From an uncultured Bdellovibrionales bacterium (GTDB taxonomy: Bacteria > Patescibacteriota > Minisyncoccia > Moranbacterales > DUUL01), in assembly GCA_964505305.1 (NCBI GenBank), contig CAZDHE010000002.1, forward strand, positions 1 through 59,173: a stretch of DNA of 59,173 nucleotides. The letters run 5' to 3'. A program made the position numbers and the translations under genes. The notes under the pieces are model-generated. The model ran no database searches and was not told where the DNA came from. It saw nothing but the letters and a program-made list of their open reading frames with translations. Of this stretch, positions 9,196 to 20,124 are shown piece after piece. Each line of letters opens with the position of its first letter. The stretch's first letter is position 1.

Positions 9196-11739
9196 TCAAT
9201 TCTCAGCCTGTTGATTAGAATCTTCCTTGAAATCAGTTTTCACTTTAATAGAATCTTCATCTGTTCCTCCATAATCATCATAGACTTTGGCTCTTAATTC
9301 AACTTCTTTACCATTTTTATCCGAAGGAATTTCAATTTCAAGATCAAAAGGCTTACTCTTGCTTTCTTTGACTTTCTGGCCATCTAAATAAAGCTCAACT
9401 TTTTCCGGGGAAGCTTCTCCTCCGGAAAGAAGAGTTTTAACATTTACTGAAGACTGTGTCAAGGTATCGCCATTATTGGGATTTTTAATGGCAATTCGGA
9501 CAAGCATATTTTTAAAATAATCCTCTTTACAGTCTTTATTCGGAATTTCCCACTGTTCTTCATCGTCATCTTCTTCCTCCAGCCAATCTCTAACGGCGTC
9601 TTCCCAATTTTCAAACTGCGAGTCTTTTTTTGGCTTTTTAGGCTTGTCACCGAGAGGGTCATCTTTATCCACATAATAAAGTATGGAATGAGCATTGTAA
9701 AAAGTTTTTTCTTCTTTTAACTTGCTCGGGCAATTGCTATTGGCTAAACAAAATTTATCTTTTTCATATTCACACACTTCCAGCTCTTGCTCGACTTCTA
9801 AATCGCCGTCTATCACATCCTTACCCGTCTTTTCCAGCTCTTCAGGTTCCTCAAATTCTTCCTTTTTGGTATTTTCAAGAATTTCCTTGAAAAAAGAGTT
9901 CCAAATCGGACCTGCCGTTTGGGAACCGCTGGAACCCGGTTTCATTTTGGTATTGTCATTATTACCGGCCCATACCCCCACCGCCAAAGAAGGAGTAGCC
10001 CCCAAAAGCCAGCCATCTCTATATTCATTAGTGGTTCCCGTTTTGGCCATAATTTGTCTGCCGGGAATATTTAAATTATTACTCTCCCCGAATAAAGGTT
10101 CTCTTAATTTATTATCTGATAAAATATCGGCCATTTGTAGAGCGGTTTGCTTAGATAAAACTTCCTCGCCTTCTTTTTCTTCATACTCCTTAATCAACTC
10201 CCCGGAAGCGTCTTCTATTCTCAGAATAGAGCTTTTCTCTTGTTTTTTGCCTTCATTAGCAAAAACGGAAAAAGCGGCTACGTGATTTAGAAGCTTGACT
10301 TCTCCCCCTCCCAAAACTAAAGATAAACCGTATCTATCCGGATAATTCAAACCCTCAATCCCCATCGACTTGGCAAGTTCAATAGATTTGTCCACTCCGG
10401 CTAAATAAAGGGTTTTTACCGCCGGAATATTTAAAGAAGTAGCTAATGCATCCTCCATCTGCACCGGTCCCTGAAACCCTCCATTGTAATTTTGAGGAAT
10501 ATACTCATCCTCTCCATCAGTTGAGAAATCGGTTTCCACATCGAATAACTTAGTTTTTCTGGTGTAACCCAATTCAAAGGCCTCAGCATAAACATAAGGT
10601 TTAAAAGAAGAACCGGGCTGGCGAGGCCTGAGAGCGACATTAACATTGCCGTCTATTTCATCATCAAAATAATCCATAGATCCCACCATAGCTAAAATTT
10701 GACCGTTTTGAGGATTTATAGCTACCAAAGAAGCATTTGAAAAGCCATAATCTTCCCCTAATTCTTCAACTTTCTCTCTAACTACTTCTTCTGCTTTTTG
10801 TTGGTAATTCCAGTCCAGAGTAGTTCTAACCCTTAAACCCTCTTTCTGCATTTCTTCTTCACCAAATTCCTCAACTAATTGCTCTTTAACATGCATTACA
10901 AAATGAGGAGCTTGAATATTGTCCTTAACCGGATCAATCTTTGCCAATATGTCAACCTTTTGAGCCTCTTCTTTTTGCTCTTTGGTGATATAACCAAGCT
11001 CATGCATTTTATTCAAAGCGTGCTCCCATCGAATCAGTAAAGAGTCCGTATTGGAACCCAAAGGAGAATAGTAAGTGGGAGCCTTTGGTAAAGAAGCCAA
11101 CAAAGCGGATTCAGCTAAAGTAAGTTCCCTGGCCGGCTTACTAAAAAAGGTTTGGGAAGCCGCCTCGATTCCATAAGCATTAGACCCGTATGGAATTTCA
11201 TTTAAATACATTTGCAAAATTTCGTCTTTGGAAAACTTTTGCTCAATTTCCAATGCCAATATAACTTCCTTGATTTTTCTGGAAATCCTTTTTTCTGAAG
11301 TTAAAATAGAATTCTTCACAAATTGCTGGGTAATGGTAGAGCCTCCTTCCGCCGCCCTTCTTTGCATAACATCCTTCACGGCAGCCCTGGCTATTCCCCT
11401 AAAATCAATGCCGTGATGATCATAAAATTCTTGATCTTCGATTGCAATAGTGGCATATTTAACCGAATCGGGGATTTGATCCATTGGAATGAGAGTTCTA
11501 TTTTCTTCCCCATGAATCTCATAAAGCAAGTGCTGACCTGTTCTATCATATATCTTAGTGGATTCGCTCACTATTCTTTTGTTAATTTTACCCGGATCAG
11601 GCAGATCTTTCATATAATAAATAAACAAACCGGCCACGGAAACCGCGCCCAACAAAAACAAAACCAGTAAAACTTTTAAAGTTTTTTTGGTAAAAAATTT
11701 TTGGTAAATTTTTCTAAAAAATTCTTTCATTGTAAGCAA
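9196..11739 (-). CDS. Class A penicillin-binding protein (PBP1A family) with C-terminal Ig-like domain
   Basis: Transglycosylase motifs EDQEFYDHHGID, GGSTITQQFVKN, RKIKE; transpeptidase motifs GSSFKP (SxxK), SLN, KTGT. Confidence 0.95.
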   Translation of the reverse strand: MLTMKEFFRKIYQKFFTKKTLKVLLVLFLLGAVSVAGLFIYYMKDLPDPGKINKRIVSESTKIYDRTGQHLLYEIHGEENRTLIPMDQIPDSVKYATIAIEDQEFYDHHGIDFRGIARAAVKDVMQRRAAEGGSTITQQFVKNSILTSEKRISRKIKEVILALEIEQKFSKDEILQMYLNEIPYGSNAYGIEAASQTFFSKPARELTLAESALLASLPKAPTYYSPLGSNTDSLLIRWEHALNKMHELGYITKEQKEEAQKVDILAKIDPVKDNIQAPHFVMHVKEQLVEEFGEEEMQKEGLRVRTTLDWNYQQKAEEVVREKVEELGEDYGFSNASLVAINPQNGQILAMVGSMDYFDDEIDGNVNVALRPRQPGSSFKPYVYAEAFELGYTRKTKLFDVETDFSTDGEDEYIPQNYNGGFQGPVQMEDALATSLNIPAVKTLYLAGVDKSIELAKSMGIEGLNYPDRYGLSLVLGGGEVKLLNHVAAFSVFANEGKKQEKSSILRIEDASGELIKEYEEKEGEEVLSKQTALQMADILSDNKLREPLFGESNNLNIPGRQIMAKTGTTNEYRDGWLLGATPSLAVGVWAGNNDNTKMKPGSSGSQTAGPIWNSFFKEILENTKKEEFEEPEELEKTGKDVIDGDLEVEQELEVCEYEKDKFCLANSNCPSKLKEEKTFYNAHSILYYVDKDDPLGDKPKKPKKDSQFENWEDAVRDWLEEEDDDEEQWEIPNKDCKEDYFKNMLVRIAIKNPNNGDTLTQSSVNVKTLLSGGEASPEKVELYLDGQKVKESKSKPFDLEIEIPSDKNGKEVELRAKVYDDYGGTDEDSIKVKTDFKEDSNQQAEN

Positions 11740-11941
11740 TTATCTATTAATTAAGATCTAATAATTCCGAGGAATAGGGATGAAAAAGAGGAAATTTATA
11801 TTTTTAAAACGATCTGAAATCCGAAACCCTCTAAACAAAGATTATCTTACTTTATTCGCGATATTCCAGATGAAATAATCTCAGAAGCAGCAAATCCCGA
11901 GAAAGCCCGATCGATAGTCCCTCCTGCTTATCCCAAGAGAG

Positions 11942-12838
11942 CTAAAAGTGAGACTTTATTAAATTAAAAAATGAAAGAGAGACATCTTTTCGGGCTTCAT
12001 TAAAAGCATTTTCATACATACCGGGAAAATTGTTTTCATCAACTAAAATATAACCTTCATCAGTCTTAATAAAATCAAAACCGGCAATCTCAGCTTTCAG
12101 ATAGGAAGCGGCTTTTTCGGCTATTGACTTAATCGGAGAAGGATCTACATAATAAGCTCCGCCTCCCTTAGCATCTGGATCATAAACTTTCCAATCAGCA
12201 AATTTATCTTCTTTTTTTCTATAACCATAAGCCACTTCTTTGTTTATAACAGTAGTGCTAATCCATTCTCTCGCATCATTAGGATAAAATTTCTCGATAA
12301 AAATCTTCTCTTGTTTATTCTTTGCTTTCATAATACCTGCCAAGTCCCTAAGCGTCTCAAAATCATTTATTTTTACAATTCCTCTGCCAAAACTGCCTTT
12401 CTGAGGCTTCACCAAAACCGTCTTCCAATCTTTTAAAACTTTTTTCATTGCGTTAAAGTCCATAGAATCTATCAAGGCAAATTTGGGTAGGGGTAAGTTA
12501 TGTTTTTGCAAATAACTATGGGCCAAGAATTTATCCTGAATCACCTGAAACGATTCGGGGTTCTTAATCACCTTAAATTCTTGAGAAAAAGCTTTTAACA
12601 AATTCAAGTTTTTCATTATTCCCCTGTTGTACCAAAAAAATATATCGGGCTTTTCAATCGGATTTCCATTCTTGAATAAATTGCCCTCAATCAGAGAAAT
12701 GTTCTCCAAATCGATATTTCCCAGAAATTCTACTTGTTCATCTTCCTTTAAGAGTCTTTCCAATTTTTTAATTTCCAAAGAACTTAAAAAACCTTTATTT
12801 TCATCTTTGGAAGAAACGCTCAATAAAACCTTTTTCAT
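11942..12838 (-). CDS. RimK/LysX-like ATP-grasp ligase
   Basis: DKFLAH..L, LVKPQKGSFGRGIVKI, FIEKFY, AGFDFI, VDENNFPG. Confidence 0.85.
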   Translation of the reverse strand: MKKVLLSVSSKDENKGFLSSLEIKKLERLLKEDEQVEFLGNIDLENISLIEGNLFKNGNPIEKPDIFFWYNRGIMKNLNLLKAFSQEFKVIKNPESFQVIQDKFLAHSYLQKHNLPLPKFALIDSMDFNAMKKVLKDWKTVLVKPQKGSFGRGIVKINDFETLRDLAGIMKAKNKQEKIFIEKFYPNDAREWISTTVINKEVAYGYRKKEDKFADWKVYDPDAKGGGAYYVDPSPIKSIAEKAASYLKAEIAGFDFIKTDEGYILVDENNFPGMYENAFNEARKDVSLSFFNLIKSHF

Positions 12839-12866
12839 CTTAAAAGTTAATGCTTTACAAAATGAA

Positions 12867-14306
12867 TCAAATAGGGGTTGCCGCTTCCTTTATGTGCTCC
12901 TGAACAGCAAGAACTACTCTTTCACCCCAATGATTCAATTTTTTTCCCTTTTCTGTGGAAATGCTTCGCTTAGCCATTATTTTCAACAATTTCTTATTTT
13001 TTTTAACAAACCAACCCTCAACCGGAACTCCGTCGGTTAAAATAAACTCTTCTTTTGAGTTAACAATATCTGATAATTCAAATCCGGAGCGCAAAAAACA
13101 CAACTTTCCTTCTTTTTCAATCTTGTATACCCCCGCTCTCAAGCTTTTATTAAAAATAATATCCTTACCCAAAAAGTTGAACAACAGTAAGTGAGAACCT
13201 TTATAACCTTCCCTGCCTTCACAAGCCTTTCTATCCTTTATAGAATACTCTATATCCAAACATTCCAAAAGATGAAATGCCGCCAAGGGAACTTCCTTGT
13301 TCTGAACTTGAAGCTGAACTTGAGTCGGAAACGTACCCAAAATTCTCGGATTCATTTCAACCGGTATTATTTTATCACTTTTTTGATCCCAAATAAAGTC
13401 AATGCCAAATATCCCCTTATAACCTTCTTTTCTTAATAAATTTCCAATCTTCTCAGCCATTTCTCTTGAATCTTCAATCAAGTAACCCGGGAGACTCTTG
13501 GCCAACCCCCAGTCATGACCGCAAAAAACCCCTTGGGCATTGTTTTTTTCTTTTATAACTTCTTTTATGTCAATTAACTGAAATTGCGGATTTAAAACCA
13601 ACACCCCTTCTTTGCCGGTAACACAAGCGGTAATACTTAAAACAGGTCCTTCGCAAAAATCAGAAACCACTAATTCGCTATCTTTGTCGATTTCCGGCAA
13701 CCTCTCCTTAATACGAGTTTCCATCTGATTTATTTGGCTATAATCAAAAAAGAAAGTTCCTTTTCCGCCGCCCTCTTCTTCCAAAACTTGAATTACGATT
13801 TTCTTTTCTCTAAAAAGGTCTTTCTTCTTTTTATTTAAATCGCCGTATTTAATGCAAACAATATTCCTATCTAAACCGCACCGCTCAAGAAGTTTATAAA
13901 AATTTATTTTATTGCTATATTTCTCAAACAAGGAAAGAGGTGTTGATGCTAATGTCCAATTATTTTCTTTACAAATATCTTTTTTCCGCTTGCTCGGACG
14001 CATAGTATAAATGGCAACCTTTTTTTTACTGGAGCTTTTTCTAATATGATCGGCCACTTTATTTTGAGAAAGAATGTTTTCCGGTTTTTTGGATTGGACA
14101 TCCGTTGGCATTGAAAAAAAACTTAGTTTAATTTTCTCTTTCACGGCTTCAAATTCACCGGTTTTATTGGAACAAATCAACTCGAGGTCTTCCACAAAAT
14201 AATAAGCCTCGCTTCTGGTAAACGGCAATCCACCAACCCCGAAAATTTTATAATTATTATTTTTAATAAGGTTTTTAACATCCTCAATGTTTTCAATTAT
14301 GTTCAT
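12867..14306 (-). CDS. ATP-grasp domain protein
   Basis: EGGGKGTFF loop, DFCEGPVLSITACV, GYKGIFGIDFIWD, VEMNPRILG. Confidence 0.8.
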   Translation of the reverse strand: MNIIENIEDVKNLIKNNNYKIFGVGGLPFTRSEAYYFVEDLELICSNKTGEFEAVKEKIKLSFFSMPTDVQSKKPENILSQNKVADHIRKSSSKKKVAIYTMRPSKRKKDICKENNWTLASTPLSLFEKYSNKINFYKLLERCGLDRNIVCIKYGDLNKKKKDLFREKKIVIQVLEEEGGGKGTFFFDYSQINQMETRIKERLPEIDKDSELVVSDFCEGPVLSITACVTGKEGVLVLNPQFQLIDIKEVIKEKNNAQGVFCGHDWGLAKSLPGYLIEDSREMAEKIGNLLRKEGYKGIFGIDFIWDQKSDKIIPVEMNPRILGTFPTQVQLQVQNKEVPLAAFHLLECLDIEYSIKDRKACEGREGYKGSHLLLFNFLGKDIIFNKSLRAGVYKIEKEGKLCFLRSGFELSDIVNSKEEFILTDGVPVEGWFVKKNKKLLKIMAKRSISTEKGKKLNHWGERVVLAVQEHIKEAATPI

Positions 14307-14529
14307 ATCTCTTATTTATTTAAGAGCTAATAGGCTCTGCTGGTAACAAAAAATCAAGGCAAAAAGAGTAAAATTATTCACATTTTTAAGCAATACAAGC
14401 TCAAGAAAAATCCGAGTGAAAAACTCAAAACTCTCCGGGTGAAAATTACTTGCTTCATTTATGGGCTTTAATTGAAATAATTTCTCAGAGGAAGTAGTGG
14501 TTCCCGATTTATCAAGATTAATCAACTCC

Positions 14530-15933
14530 TTATTTAATTTCAACTAAAAACTTTTTGAGATCTTTTCTGCCAATTAAAACAGGGTATTTTAACTCGCTTC
14601 TCTCTACTAAATTAGCTACAGAAGTTATCTTCTCTTCATCCATCATAAATTTTATTTTAACCTTTGGACGAATCGTTACTCCACTTGAAGAATAAACCGC
14701 TGAGATATCCGCCAGCCCTTCAATTTTGTTTAAATATTTTCTTTTCAACTCTTCCTCTATTTGTTTCACATCTTTCCTGGAAAAATTTTCCGGTTTTTCT
14801 ATTTTTTTGAATTCTTCTAACAACTTTCCAAATCCCATCTTTTTAGCTATTTTCGTATCAATAGAAGTAGAATAAGCTCCCGTATCTATCCTGGCTTCCG
14901 TTTCAATTTCCTCCTCATCCCGACCAAACAATTTAATCTTCTCCGTCGTGCCAATTATCTTCTTTCCGGAAAGTTCTTCCATTTCTTCTTCAATTTCACC
15001 ACCAAATAAGTTTTTGGCCAATTTAATTCCGTGCTTGGCGGACTTAACCTTAAGCCCCTCCACACGATTTAAACGACTCAACAATCCCTCTAAGTTAGCA
15101 ATTTGAATAGACAATCCCGGACGCGCATTCAATTCTAAAAAAACCGGGCCCTGCTCCCTGTCAATAGCAACATCCGCTCCCAGAAATCCGAGACCGGAAG
15201 CCTTTTGAGCTTTAATAGCCAACTCCAAAATTTGATCCCAAAAAGGAATTTTGATTCCGCTCAGGGCCAACCTGGAGTCGGGAAGATACTCCAAATACTT
15301 AGATTTACCCTGAATAGCCGAAGTGGTGGTACCGGTTGCCATATCAATTCCACAGCCGATCCCCCCTAATTGCAAATTAGCTTTCCCTCCGGATTCTTTA
15401 GTGGCCAGCCTAAGCATTGCCATAACCGGGACATTGTTGTAAACGATCACTCGAATATCCGGCACTCCTTTGTAGGAATAAGGCTTAAAAACCTTAGGCA
15501 GCTTAACCCTTTCTTCGAAAAAAGCAAAATCCGGAATATTGGTTCTGGAAAAAGATCCATCCAAGATGTTGCGAATTTGAATCTTTAAATCGTCTTCGGT
15601 AACCGGAGTCCTATCTGCTTTAACCCAAATATTTTCTTTTCCCTTTTTTTTGCCGTAAACCACTAAAATCCCCTCTCCCCCCAATCCTAAATTGGGTTTC
15701 AAGACAAAACTTTTGGGAAGGGTGGAGAAATCAAAATTATCCAGGTCCTGCCTAGTTTTTATTTTAGCTATTAATTTAGGGACGGGAATATCATTTTTTT
15801 TCAAAATCAATTTGCTTCTGAGTTTATCATCTGCCAACTTCTTAGCTTTTCTAAGGTTGTTAGACCTGATAAAACGCAAATTTCGAGAATTCATCCCGAG
15901 TATTTCCCTGCTTTTCTTGTAAGTATTAAGCAT
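14530..15933 (-). CDS. Alpha-L-glutamate-ligase-like ATP-grasp fused to C-terminal RimK-associated aspartyl/zinc-protease-like domain
   Basis: LADDKLRSK, FVLKPNLGLGGEGI, DIRVIV, KANLQLGGIG, LELNARPGLSIQIAN; C-terminal ARIDTGAYSTSID and YPVLIGR. Confidence 0.85.
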   Translation of the reverse strand: MLNTYKKSREILGMNSRNLRFIRSNNLRKAKKLADDKLRSKLILKKNDIPVPKLIAKIKTRQDLDNFDFSTLPKSFVLKPNLGLGGEGILVVYGKKKGKENIWVKADRTPVTEDDLKIQIRNILDGSFSRTNIPDFAFFEERVKLPKVFKPYSYKGVPDIRVIVYNNVPVMAMLRLATKESGGKANLQLGGIGCGIDMATGTTTSAIQGKSKYLEYLPDSRLALSGIKIPFWDQILELAIKAQKASGLGFLGADVAIDREQGPVFLELNARPGLSIQIANLEGLLSRLNRVEGLKVKSAKHGIKLAKNLFGGEIEEEMEELSGKKIIGTTEKIKLFGRDEEEIETEARIDTGAYSTSIDTKIAKKMGFGKLLEEFKKIEKPENFSRKDVKQIEEELKRKYLNKIEGLADISAVYSSSGVTIRPKVKIKFMMDEEKITSVANLVERSELKYPVLIGRKDLKKFLVEIK

Positions 15934-16597
15934 TTTTTATTATTTTTTTAAAACGGATGTATTCAGAAAGCCTTAAACCGGTCCACTTTCCGAGTAAAAT
16001 ATTAATTCCTATGGCCGCAAAAACCATCCAGGGATATTGCTGCAGTAAAAATATCAATGCCGACCAACTGGCCACAAAATAACCAAAAATGGAGATAACT
16101 AAAGTTTCCAAAGACAAGAATATGGCTGTTTTATTTCCCTTTTCAATCTGAACCGCCACAAACTTTTCCACCAAAGTTATCATTATTAAAATTGGAAAAA
16201 TGGAAACACTGGCTAATCCGGTCCTTTGAAAAACCCCTCCGATAGTGAGCATTAAAAGAGTTGATAAAGCTACAATGGATATAACTATTGCTACCCGGGG
16301 CAAATACAAAAGCCTGAATTGTTTCAAAACTATTCGGGCCAAAGTCCCCACTATGATAACTGTGGCAAAAATGGAAATTCCATACCTAATCCCTCCCCAG
16401 AAATCCCCGGAATCGGATTTTATAGCCAAAAAAGCAAAAATTATCAAAGCCGGAGTATAGATGCCAAAAGCCTTAATTCCGATAACCTGCCGAAAAAAAG
16501 CAATAATCATCACTACTACGGGTAACATTAAAATCAAAGTAACAGTACTCAAGGGAACTCCCTGGGAAATGGCGAATTCTACAAAATCACTATACAT
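15926..16597 (-). CDS. 7TM domain protein (type associated with inactive transglutaminase/ATP-grasp operons)
   Basis: LPVVVMIIAFFRQVIGIKAFGIYTP, RLLYLPR, FPILIM..LVE, GKWTGLRLSEYIRF; overlaps the ATP-grasp start. Confidence 0.85.
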   Translation of the reverse strand: MYSDFVEFAISQGVPLSTVTLILMLPVVVMIIAFFRQVIGIKAFGIYTPALIIFAFLAIKSDSGDFWGGIRYGISIFATVIIVGTLARIVLKQFRLLYLPRVAIVISIVALSTLLMLTIGGVFQRTGLASVSIFPILIMITLVEKFVAVQIEKGNKTAIFLSLETLVISIFGYFVASWSALIFLLQQYPWMVFAAIGINILLGKWTGLRLSEYIRFKKIIKNA

Positions 16598-16693
16598 ATT
16601 GGCAATTTATTTTTTATAAAAAACTTAAACAGGCCCGCTTTTAGAATACAATCGTTTAGAATCACTGTCAATTTTAAAAACAATTTTGGTATT

Positions 16694-18400
16694 TTATTTC
16701 TTTTTAAATTTTTCCGTTATCCAAAATTCTCCAAAGTACTTGCCCAACATAATCCTGGTTTGAGCATCCACCGCCGGCATAGCCCCAAGAAAAGGAGCGA
16801 TAAAGGGAGCCATAAACCATTGAAAAAACATATTTAAATACCTTCTCTTGGAATATCTATCCGGTCGAGGAGGCATAAGCAGAAAACTTAAGAACATCGA
16901 AATGACCAACCCAACCAAGGCTATCGTCATTAAAGTGCGGGTAATATAGGGAAGATTATGCGCCAAAACCGATTCACTAAAAGCCTCCCCTCCCAAGATA
17001 AGCGGGAGCCACCCCAATAAAGCCAAGATAAAGGGGGCGGTGGCCCAACTGTGATGACCTTCCAGCATCGTAAACAAATGTTTTATTTTTTTTCCAAACT
17101 TTAATTTTTTATTTTTCCTGAAAGCTCTTGCCAAAAGAGGGAAATTCTCAATTCCATAAGCCCACCTTCTTTTTTGGCGATATTGATTAACCACGGTGTG
17201 CTGATAATTATGTCCCAATACCGCATCCAAAGAAACCGGCAAATAGATAGGCTTAACCTGATAATCTCCGGCAAAGTAATCGTAAGCCTTCCAATAAATC
17301 ACCGAATCTTCCGAAATTACATTAACCGGCCAATAGCCAACATCTACAATGGTTTTAAACGGCTCGCTATGAGAAGAAAAAGTAACCATATGCTCCGGCC
17401 TCATAGACTCCACCATATGCCAAAAAGAAGAACCTGTCACAATCACTCTTACGGGAGCAATGGTGTCCCACAAATTATTATGATACATAGGCAAAGGCTG
17501 ATAAGCTTGCCTCAATCGGTTAGGACTAACCACGTACTCATAAGTAAGATAACTCAGATACTCCGGATGAACTTGGGTGTCACAATCAAAATTGGATAAA
17601 ATAACGTTTTCCAAAGGTATATTATTTTTTTCTAAATATTTTTTTAGCTGCTTGCCGGCATAAGTAGTATTAGAGGCCTTGCATTTCATTTCCCCTGCGG
17701 CCACTTTGTGCTCTGTCACGATAAAATCATAGAATTTATCTCCAAATTTGCTTTTTAGGATATTTATTTTTTCTTTCCTTTTTTCTTCCGGCTCTCTTTC
17801 TTCCGTGGCCAATAAGATAATAATTTTATTGTTAGGGTAAGAAGACTTTTCTACAGATTCAATGGCGGGCTCTATGATTTCAGCTCCTTCTGTAGCGGTT
17901 GGAAGCATAATAACATGATAAACATCCTTCCAATTCAAGAAACAGCCTTGATGCTTTAAATCCTCTTTATACCTTTTTAAAAAATCTTCCCTCTCTCTGA
18001 TGTCGGCATTAATAATTTTCTTTTCTTTTCTGCTAATTCTTCCGGCTCGTTTCTTTTCTAAATTTTTAATTTCTTCTTCTATGGCGCTAATTAAATTGTC
18101 TTTGTTGTGCAGATTGGCAACTCTAAACATCCAATCCGCCCTTTTGGAGCGTTTCATTTTCCTGTATGCCAAAATAGAATAAGTGGCAATATATATAGTT
18201 CTATGAAACCAATAAACATCATACACTATAATAAAAACAGCTATCCAAGTCGGTAAAATAAAAGATAATAAAATCATACCCAATAAAGTTGTCCAAGTTA
18301 AGGCGCCCGGAATTATTTCAAAAAACCTCTGCCAATTGTGCTCTACAGGGTCTTCTGTGCGAGGGTTGGGGTAAGACCATTCAGTTTTGTTCATATCCAT
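16694..18400 (-). CDS. Membrane glycosyltransferase family 2 (processive type)
   Basis: N- and C-terminal TM helices; HVIMLPT, NFDCDT (DxD), EDS, QKRRWAYG (QxxRW). Confidence 0.85.
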   Translation of the reverse strand: MDMNKTEWSYPNPRTEDPVEHNWQRFFEIIPGALTWTTLLGMILLSFILPTWIAVFIIVYDVYWFHRTIYIATYSILAYRKMKRSKRADWMFRVANLHNKDNLISAIEEEIKNLEKKRAGRISRKEKKIINADIREREDFLKRYKEDLKHQGCFLNWKDVYHVIMLPTATEGAEIIEPAIESVEKSSYPNNKIIILLATEEREPEEKRKEKINILKSKFGDKFYDFIVTEHKVAAGEMKCKASNTTYAGKQLKKYLEKNNIPLENVILSNFDCDTQVHPEYLSYLTYEYVVSPNRLRQAYQPLPMYHNNLWDTIAPVRVIVTGSSFWHMVESMRPEHMVTFSSHSEPFKTIVDVGYWPVNVISEDSVIYWKAYDYFAGDYQVKPIYLPVSLDAVLGHNYQHTVVNQYRQKRRWAYGIENFPLLARAFRKNKKLKFGKKIKHLFTMLEGHHSWATAPFILALLGWLPLILGGEAFSESVLAHNLPYITRTLMTIALVGLVISMFLSFLLMPPRPDRYSKRRYLNMFFQWFMAPFIAPFLGAMPAVDAQTRIMLGKYFGEFWITEKFKKK

Positions 18401-18494
18401 AATTAAATTAATTTGAATTATAATAGCATAATAACGATGATTGCTTTAACAAATACAAAATAGGCTACCTTCAAACTCCGAATTTTCTAATCTT

Positions 18495-18932
18495 TCAGTT
18501 ATTTACTTTCACAATTGAAAGAGTATACACTAATACAATAATTTGTAAAGCGCAAGCAGAAGCAATAAGCATCTTAGAAGCTAATGTCCGGGGGTCTTTT
18601 TCAAGGTGATTTTCTAAAACTTCTCCCTTGTCTTTTAAATTTTCCTCCTCCCTGAAACTAAAATAAGAAAAAAAGAAGGCTAAAACAGAATTCAAAACCA
18701 ATAACACCGCCGCCAAAAAAGAAACTAAATAAATTTCCATCCAAGCGCTTTTAGAATTATAGATCATTCTATCAATGCCTAAGTAAGAATTGTAATGCAA
18801 AATGATTAGAGACTTATGAAAATCAAGTTTGAAGTGCAAAATCAACCAACCGGCAATATTTAAAAGAAGGCCGGCGCTTATTAAGATTAAATTAAACTTA
18901 CTTTGAAAAAATTTTTTTAAAGCCTTCTTCAT
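18495..18932 (-). CDS. Hypothetical membrane protein
   Basis: 145 aa, three hydrophobic helices, ILHYNSYLGID motif. Confidence 0.65.
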   Translation of the reverse strand: MKKALKKFFQSKFNLILISAGLLLNIAGWLILHFKLDFHKSLIILHYNSYLGIDRMIYNSKSAWMEIYLVSFLAAVLLVLNSVLAFFFSYFSFREEENLKDKGEVLENHLEKDPRTLASKMLIASACALQIIVLVYTLSIVKVNN

Positions 18933-19040
18933 AAAAAATCTTATTAAAGACCTCCAAGCAATAATGAGTGGTATACTTTTATTTTTTTAAGAAACCAACT
19001 TTACTTCTATAATAAAATAAACAACTCCCTTCGTTTAAAA

Positions 19041-19655
19041 TTATCCTCTCATTTTCTGAGCTTCTTTTATCATATTCTCCACCTTGTTGATAATAATCTC
19101 GTGAGGCTGCTCCAATAACTCCAATATAAATTTATCAAACATTTTTAATCTGTAGCGAAATTCTTGTAAATCCATTAGAGAATAATTTATTTCTTTGCCC
19201 ATTTCCGCTTCCAAATCTTCAATTAGATGTTTAAGTTTAGCCCTGGAAACATTATCAGCTACTATTAATAGATCCGTTTTGGATTTGGCGCTGTTAATGA
19301 AAAGACCGGCCACTAAAGCCAGTTTAACCTCTCCCAAATTTTTAATTCGAGTCAACTGCTTGCATTGCGGATAAATATTGGATTTAACCACTAAGCCTTT
19401 TAATTCACTATAGAAGGGAGAACGAGTGTTGAGGTAATAAAGCTTTTTGCCTTTCTGATTTCTGGAATAAAGAAAACGCCCCCTTTCCAAATGCATCAAA
19501 ACTTTTTTAGCCTCCTTCTTGGTTTCTTTTCCTTCAAATTTATTTTTTTCAAAAATCTCCTGGGCCGGAAAAGCTTCCTTGGCATTTAATATAAAGAATT
19601 TTACCAATCTCCACCTAACTCGAGAGCCGAATAGAAAATCCAGGTCGTTTTTCAT
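19041..19655 (-). CDS. Winged-HTH + nucleotidyltransferase-like protein (putative regulator)
   Basis: LFGSRVRW N-terminus, YYLNTRSPFYSELKGLV, C-terminal TDLLIV...EINYSL pattern. Confidence 0.6.
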   Translation of the reverse strand: MKNDLDFLFGSRVRWRLVKFFILNAKEAFPAQEIFEKNKFEGKETKKEAKKVLMHLERGRFLYSRNQKGKKLYYLNTRSPFYSELKGLVVKSNIYPQCKQLTRIKNLGEVKLALVAGLFINSAKSKTDLLIVADNVSRAKLKHLIEDLEAEMGKEINYSLMDLQEFRYRLKMFDKFILELLEQPHEIIINKVENMIKEAQKMRG

Positions 19656-19721
19656 AATTATCTCTTAAGTTATTATTCTAAAATAATTTTGGAATTCAAA
19701 AAAATTCGATAAAAATCAAAT

Positions 19722-20093
19722 TTAACAATATAAAGCCTTAATATGCCTCAACTGAGCTTTGCGAATGTGAAAATCAAAAGCTACGCCTATAAAATCCACT
19801 CTCCACTCTTGCTCCATACATTCCTGATCTCTTAGGTAAAGATGGGCTATTTTAAAAATATTTTGCAATTTTTTATTATCAATAGAGGTTTCCGGAGAGA
19901 CTTTGTTTAAATTGCCTTTTCTGGTTTTAACCTCTATAAAAACTATAATGCCATTTTTATCTCGGCTTATCAAGTCTATTTCACCAAATCTATAACCCCT
20001 CTTATTGTAATAATTCATTTCCAAAACCTCATAACCCATAGCTTTCAGATAATTGGCCGCTAACAGCTCTCCTTTTTTACCTAAATTAAACAA
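19722..20093 (-). CDS. YraN/UPF0102 family nuclease-like protein
   Basis: GELLAANYL, GEIDLI, FIEVKTR, WRVDFI. Confidence 0.9.
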   Translation of the reverse strand: MFNLGKKGELLAANYLKAMGYEVLEMNYYNKRGYRFGEIDLISRDKNGIIVFIEVKTRKGNLNKVSPETSIDNKKLQNIFKIAHLYLRDQECMEQEWRVDFIGVAFDFHIRKAQLRHIKALYC

Positions 20094-20124
20094 ATGAGAA
20101 ACTTACTTTTTAAATGCACTCTCT

